Source: Candidatus Omnitrophota bacterium (GTDB taxonomy: Bacteria; Omnitrophota; Gorgyraeia; Zapsychrales; JAKLDJ01). Taken from it: a DNA stretch of 64,000 nucleotides. Below the pieces are notes generated by a model. The model was given only the letters and a program-made list of their open reading frames with translations. It had not been told where the DNA came from and did no database searches. Positions 60,361 to 64,000 of the stretch are shown here, piece by piece. Within the stretch, counting starts at the first letter, position 1, and each line of letters begins with the position of its first letter. The stretch lies in contig JAKLDJ010000003.1 in the NCBI GenBank assembly GCA_022703585.1, positions 206,250-270,249 on the forward strand. Reading direction: 5' to 3'. A program made the position numbers and the translations under genes.

Positions 60361-60447
60361 TAACACAGATTGACACAGATCGAACACAGATTAGCGCAGA
60401 TTTATCTGTGAGAATCTGTTCCCATCTGTGAACATCTGTGTTTAATA
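60361..60447. repeat. about 87-bp palindromic element: 4x CACAGAT direct words then 4x ATCTGTG inverted words at about 10-11-nt phase (copy 1)
   Basis: ttaACACAGATtgACACAGATcgaACACAGATtagcgCAGATttATCTGTGagaATCTGTTcccATCTGTGaacATCTGTGtttaa. Confidence 0.8.
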
Positions 60448-60475
60448 TCAGCCTAATTAACTAAAAGGATGCGAC

Positions 60476-60883
60476 ATGGACGAAAATAAATATATCGATG
60501 AATCCTGGAAGGATTCGGTAGAAAAAGAAAAAACGAGCGTGCCGGAAGCTAAAGGCAATAAGCCGCAAGAGGCGGCGCATCAGCACAAAGAAGAATTACC
60601 CGCGGATGATTTGTCAGGCGCCGAGAACGAATCGTTTGAAATCAACTTTATAAGCTATATTACCAGCCTTGCCTTTCAGGCGATGGTTTTTTTAGGGGAA
60701 ATTCCTAACCCCGGCACCGAACAAATTGAGAAAAATGTAAAACAAGCAAAGTTGATCATCGATACGCTGCTTTTATTAAAAGAAAAGACCGTTAATAATT
60801 TAAAACCCCAGGAATCCGAGACCTTAACCGCGTATCTCTATGAATTGCAGATGAAATATGTCGAGATCGCGGGGAAAGAATAG
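60476..60883 (+). CDS. DUF1844-family conserved hypothetical protein
   Basis: FISYITSLAFQAMVFLGEIPNPGT...LIIDTLLLLKEKT resembles the DUF1844 pattern. Confidence 0.6.
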   Translation: MDENKYIDESWKDSVEKEKTSVPEAKGNKPQEAAHQHKEELPADDLSGAENESFEINFISYITSLAFQAMVFLGEIPNPGTEQIEKNVKQAKLIIDTLLLLKEKTVNNLKPQESETLTAYLYELQMKYVEIAGKE

Positions 60884-60902
60884 TGGAGTAAATTATGCTG
60901 GT

Positions 60903-60990
60903 ATTTAACACAGATTCCCACAGATCAAACACAGATGAACACAGATAAATCCGTGATAATCTGTTTAGATCTGTGAATATCTGTGTTGGT
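60903..60990. repeat. second copy of the CACAGAT/ATCTGTG palindromic element
   Basis: tttaACACAGATtccCACAGATcaaACACAGATgaACACAGATaaatccgtgataATCTGTTtagATCTGTGaatATCTGTGttggttaaa. Confidence 0.8.
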
Positions 60991-61043
60991 TAAAGGAAAC
61001 CCAGCAATATTTCTGAATTCTCAGGAAAAAGAGGGAGGAAGCG

Positions 61044-61199
61044 GTGATTGACAAAGAACTTTTAGCTATTCTTGCTTGTCCGGCTTGCAAGGGTGACGTC
61101 CAGATGAAGGATGAAAAGATCGTTTGTACCAAATGCGGGCTCAAGTACCCCATCAAGGACGGTATTCCCATTATGCTAGTGGATGAGGCAGAAAAGTAA
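61044..61199 (+). CDS. Trm112/YcaR-like (UPF0434) small zinc-ribbon protein
   Basis: GTG start after GAGGGAGG. VIDKELLAILACPACKGDVQMKDEKIVCTKCGLKYPIKDGIPIMLVDEAEK (CPxC...CxxC). Below the ORF-track length cutoff. Coordinates +/-1. Confidence 0.7.
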   Translation: MIDKELLAILACPACKGDVQMKDEKIVCTKCGLKYPIKDGIPIMLVDEAEK

Positions 61200-61210
61200 G
61201 AAAAGCTGGT

Positions 61211-61260
61211 TAATGGTTAATAGTAAATAGTGAATAGTGAATAGTGAATGGTGAATAGGG
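61211..61260. repeat. heptamer microsatellite (TGAATAG/TAAATAG)n, about 6 copies
   Basis: taatggttaatagtaaatagtgaatagtgaatagtgaatggtgaatagg. Confidence 0.8.
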
Positions 61261-61269
61261 GAATATAAT

Positions 61270-61436
61270 TTTACAGGTTACAAAGGTTATAAATGTTAAC
61301 GATGTTACAGAGGTTGCATTAAAAAAGGTTAGTTGAGGTTACAAAAAGGTTGTCTAACCTTAAGTAACCTCATGTAACATTCCAAACGTAACCTTGATAA
61401 CCTTTAAAACCTTGGTAACATGAGTAACTTTTAAAA
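61270..61436. repeat. mirrored array: about 6x AGGTT(AC) words followed by about 5x (GT)AACCT words, upstream of aroQ
   Basis: cAGGTTACaaAGGTTat...gAGGTTgc...aAGGTTag..gAGGTTACaaaaAGGTTgtctAACCTtaaGTAACCTcat...cGTAACCTtgatAACCTttaaAACCTtgGTAAC. Confidence 0.7.
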
Positions 61437-61457
61437 AAAATCAAAAGGAGCATTCCA

Positions 61458-61892
61458 TTGAAAAAAATCTTAGTTATCCACGGCCCCAACCTCGATCTCT
61501 TGGGCGAGAGGGAAACAAACGTTTACGGAAAGACAACGCTTAAGAAGATCAACGAACTGTTGACCAAACTGGCCAAAAAAAACAAGGTCACTCTCGAAAT
61601 TGTCCAATCGAATCATGAAGGCGAGCTCGTCGATATTATCGGCCAGGCCAAAAAGAATAAATTTAACGCGATTTTGATCAATCCGGCCGCCTATACCCAT
61701 ACCAGCGTCGCCATCCGTGACGCTATTGCGGCTATCAGTTTGCCTACGGTCGAGGTTCATTTGTCCAATATCTATGCCCGGGAAGAATTCCGGCATACGT
61801 CTTTGATCGCGCCGGTCAGTTTCGGCCAGGTCAGCGGGTTTGGCGTGGATAGTTACCTTCTGGGGCTTCAGGCAGCCATTTCTCTAATCTAA
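61458..61892 (+). CDS. aroQ: type II 3-dehydroquinate dehydratase
   Basis: TTG start. [16 protein letters not shown]...HTS signature motifs. Confidence 0.9.
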   Translation: MKKILVIHGPNLDLLGERETNVYGKTTLKKINELLTKLAKKNKVTLEIVQSNHEGELVDIIGQAKKNKFNAILINPAAYTHTSVAIRDAIAAISLPTVEVHLSNIYAREEFRHTSLIAPVSFGQVSGFGVDSYLLGLQAAISLI

Positions 61893-61901
61893 AATCTAAA
61901 A

Positions 61902-62969
61902 TTGAACGAACGGCTCAAAAAACTCGTCTCTCTCCTTAAAGAGCAACGTATCGACGCTCTTCTCGTTACCAAGGATGTCAACATCCGTTATCTGACTGAT
62001 TTTCCTGCCGCTGATTCATGGCTGTTGGTCTCTCCTAAGAAAACGTATTATATTACCGATTTTCGCTATATCCTGGAGGCCAAAAAGAGCCTCAAAGGGA
62101 TAGGGGTTGAACGCTGCACCAAATCCCTTTCCGAGACCGTTGCCAAGCTTTCGGGGGCGTTACGGGTCAAAAGATTAGGCTTTGATGAGCGATTCTTGCC
62201 GGTTTTATATTTTAAAAAGCTTAAAAGCTGTTGCGGCAGCCGGATCAAACTTGTTAGTGCTAACGGCCTTGTGGAGAGCTTGCGGGAGGTTAAAACGCCG
62301 GAGGAGATCAGCCGGATTCGTAAGGCCATTAAGGTTAATCTGGAGGCGTTTGAATTCCTCAAAGGCGTTATCAGACCCGGCTTAAGCGAGAGAAGTATTT
62401 TAGATGCCCTTGAGTCGTTTGTTAAAGGCAAGGGGGCGACGTTTTCGTTCGCGCCGATCATTGCTTCGGGGCCGAATTCCTGCTTTCCTCATGCCCGCAT
62501 TTCTGAACGAAAAATCAAAAGCGATGATATCGTCATGGTAGACGCCGGAGTGGATGTGGACGGCTACAAATCTGACTTGACACGTGTATATTTTTTGGGT
62601 AAAATACCGCGTCTTGTAAAACAAGTTTATATCCACGTTCAAACGGCCCAGCAGAGGGCCATCAAGAAAATCAAAGCCAAAGCCACGGCTTGTGAAGTTG
62701 ACCAAGAGGCACGTAACTATTTAACGAAGAATGGCTTAGGTAAATTTTTCGGCCATTCTTTGGGCCACGGCGTGGGGCTGGAAATTCATGAGAGCCCTAC
62801 CGTATCTTCAAAAAGTTCATCTGTCTTAAAAGAGGGAATGATTTTTACCGTAGAGCCGGCTGTTTACCTGCCGGGAAAGTTCGGTATCCGTATTGAAGAT
62901 ATGGTTTTAGTGACCACTAACGGCTGCGAGGTCTTAAGCGGAAATTCTCCCGCGCAAAACATCAATTAA
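61902..62969 (+). CDS. M24-family Xaa-Pro aminopeptidase/dipeptidase
   Basis: Creatinase-like N-domain plus HSLGHGVGLEIHE metal-binding motif. Confidence 0.85.
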   Translation: MNERLKKLVSLLKEQRIDALLVTKDVNIRYLTDFPAADSWLLVSPKKTYYITDFRYILEAKKSLKGIGVERCTKSLSETVAKLSGALRVKRLGFDERFLPVLYFKKLKSCCGSRIKLVSANGLVESLREVKTPEEISRIRKAIKVNLEAFEFLKGVIRPGLSERSILDALESFVKGKGATFSFAPIIASGPNSCFPHARISERKIKSDDIVMVDAGVDVDGYKSDLTRVYFLGKIPRLVKQVYIHVQTAQQRAIKKIKAKATACEVDQEARNYLTKNGLGKFFGHSLGHGVGLEIHESPTVSSKSSSVLKEGMIFTVEPAVYLPGKFGIRIEDMVLVTTNGCEVLSGNSPAQNIN

Positions 62970-63001
62970 CAATAATCCAATTAAAAAATTCAAGGAGAGC
63001 A

Positions 63002-63571
63002 ATGGGAGCTTCAATTAGTGATATTACATCCGGCATGGCGCTTCGTGTCGATGACGGCAATTATATTGTGGTGGATTACAGCCATGTGAAGCCCGGCAAG
63101 GGCGCGGCCTTTGTCAGGGTCAGGCTCAGGCATATGAAGACGGACCTTATCTTAGAGCGTACGTTTCGTAACTCGGATAAAATCGAGGTCTTGTTCCTTG
63201 AGGACAGGACTTATCAGTATCAGTATAAGGCCGGCGATTCCTACCACTTTATGGACCAGGAAACGTATGAAGAGATGGTGGTCTCCGCCGAAGAGTTAGG
63301 TGACAAGGCGGTTAAATACCTGCAGGATAATATCATCGTTACCGCAACATTCTGCGAACACAAACTTCAGAGAATTACCCTTCCCAATTTTATCGTTGCC
63401 CAGATTATCGAGACCGATCCGGGTTTTAAGGGGGACTCGTCCAAGGCCGGAAACAAACCGGCAAAAATCGATACGGGCGCGACTGTCCCGGTACCTTTAT
63501 TTATCAACACGGGCGATTTTGTCAAGATCGATACCCGTTCTGACGAATACATTGAAAGGGTACAAAAATGA
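63002..63571 (+). CDS. efp: elongation factor P
   Basis: KPGKGAAFVRVRLR (modified-lysine loop) and three OB/KOW-like domains. Confidence 0.95.
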   Translation: MGASISDITSGMALRVDDGNYIVVDYSHVKPGKGAAFVRVRLRHMKTDLILERTFRNSDKIEVLFLEDRTYQYQYKAGDSYHFMDQETYEEMVVSAEELGDKAVKYLQDNIIVTATFCEHKLQRITLPNFIVAQIIETDPGFKGDSSKAGNKPAKIDTGATVPVPLFINTGDFVKIDTRSDEYIERVQK

Positions 63572-64000
63572 ATTTAAAAGAAATCAAAGAAATGATCAGC
63601 CTGATGAACGAGAACAACTTAGTTGAGCTGGAAGTCGAGAAAGAAGGGATGCGGATTAAGCTGAAACGGTCATCTCCGGAGTTTTCCGAGATGGTCCGTA
63701 CCCAGCCGGTTGAATATCGCATCGAGTCTGTTCCTGCCGCAAAGGCCGTTGAAGCCGTTTCTCCCGGAAAAGAGACGGCCAAAAACAACAAAGAGATCAA
63801 ATCGCCCATGGTGGGGACATTCTACCGGGCACCGTCGCCTGAGGCCGCGCCGTTTGTCGAAGTCGGCCAGGTGGTCGAAGTCGGCCAGGTGGTTTGTATC
63901 GTGGAAGCGATGAAATTGATGAATGAGATCAAATCCGAAGTCCGGGGCCGTGTGGCGGAGGTGGCCGTACAAAACGCCGAGCCGGTTGAATTTGGGCAGA
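63568..64000 (+). CDS. accB: acetyl-CoA carboxylase biotin carboxyl carrier protein, 3'-truncated by the window end
   Basis: Biotinyl-lysine motif CIVEAMKLMNEI. ATG overlaps the efp stop (ATGA). Runs off the window. Confidence 0.85.
   Translation, partial: MNLKEIKEMISLMNENNLVELEVEKEGMRIKLKRSSPEFSEMVRTQPVEYRIESVPAAKAVEAVSPGKETAKNNKEIKSPMVGTFYRAPSPEAAPFVEVGQVVEVGQVVCIVEAMKLMNEIKSEVRGRVAEVAVQNAEPVEFGQ

Noticed and set aside
60361-60990. Possible CRISPR array (repeated CACAGAT units)
   Set aside because: Repeat unit is only 7 nt with 3-4-nt gaps and the whole array is mirrored. There are no 24-48-nt repeats alternating with unique spacers and no cas genes.

Overview
All real genes in this 64-kb window lie on the + strand. 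From 5' to 3' it contains a partial upstream ORF and a complete type IV pilus pilMNOPQ operon, then RNase G, rplU-obg, proB-proA-nadD, a phosphohexomutase, plsC, rpsA and tyrS. Next comes a tRNA-Thr/rpmG/tRNA-Trp/secE-nusG-rplKAJL-rpoBC unit that runs without a break into the str-S10-spc-alpha ribosomal super-operon (rpsL through rplQ). After that come an aminotransferase, an orphan pilT, an IDH/IPMDH-family dehydrogenase, lipB with a stand-alone lipoyl-domain protein, and a putative glycolipid cluster (GT28 / LpxL-like acyltransferase / GT2 / TonB-like protein / CBS protein). The most unusual part is a visibly AT-richer accessory stretch at about 54.4-59.5 kb. It holds a strong sigma70 promoter, an ORF6N-domain gene disrupted by a 67-bp perfect-TIR palindromic insertion, a GGGAC-rich nested inverted-repeat element, a PEP-CTERM/LamG exosortase-substrate protein, and three unannotatable genes (117-aa soluble, 243-aa 3-TM membrane, 478-aa SEFIR/TIR-like N-domain + helical C-domain protein). 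I propose this last group as a candidate novel defence-type module. Beyond it, every intergenic region up to aroQ (59.2-61.5 kb) carries a different large mirrored palindrome built from a 7-11 nt word, including two homologous CACAGAT/ATCTGTG elements bracketing a DUF1844 gene. Housekeeping genes (Memo-like, DUF1844, Trm112-like, aroQ, pepP, efp, accB partial) close the window. Several short genes missed by the ORF track were recovered by hand (rpmG, rpmJ, Trm112-like, accB 5' part, both tRNAs). Hand-derived coordinates may be off by +/-1 nt.
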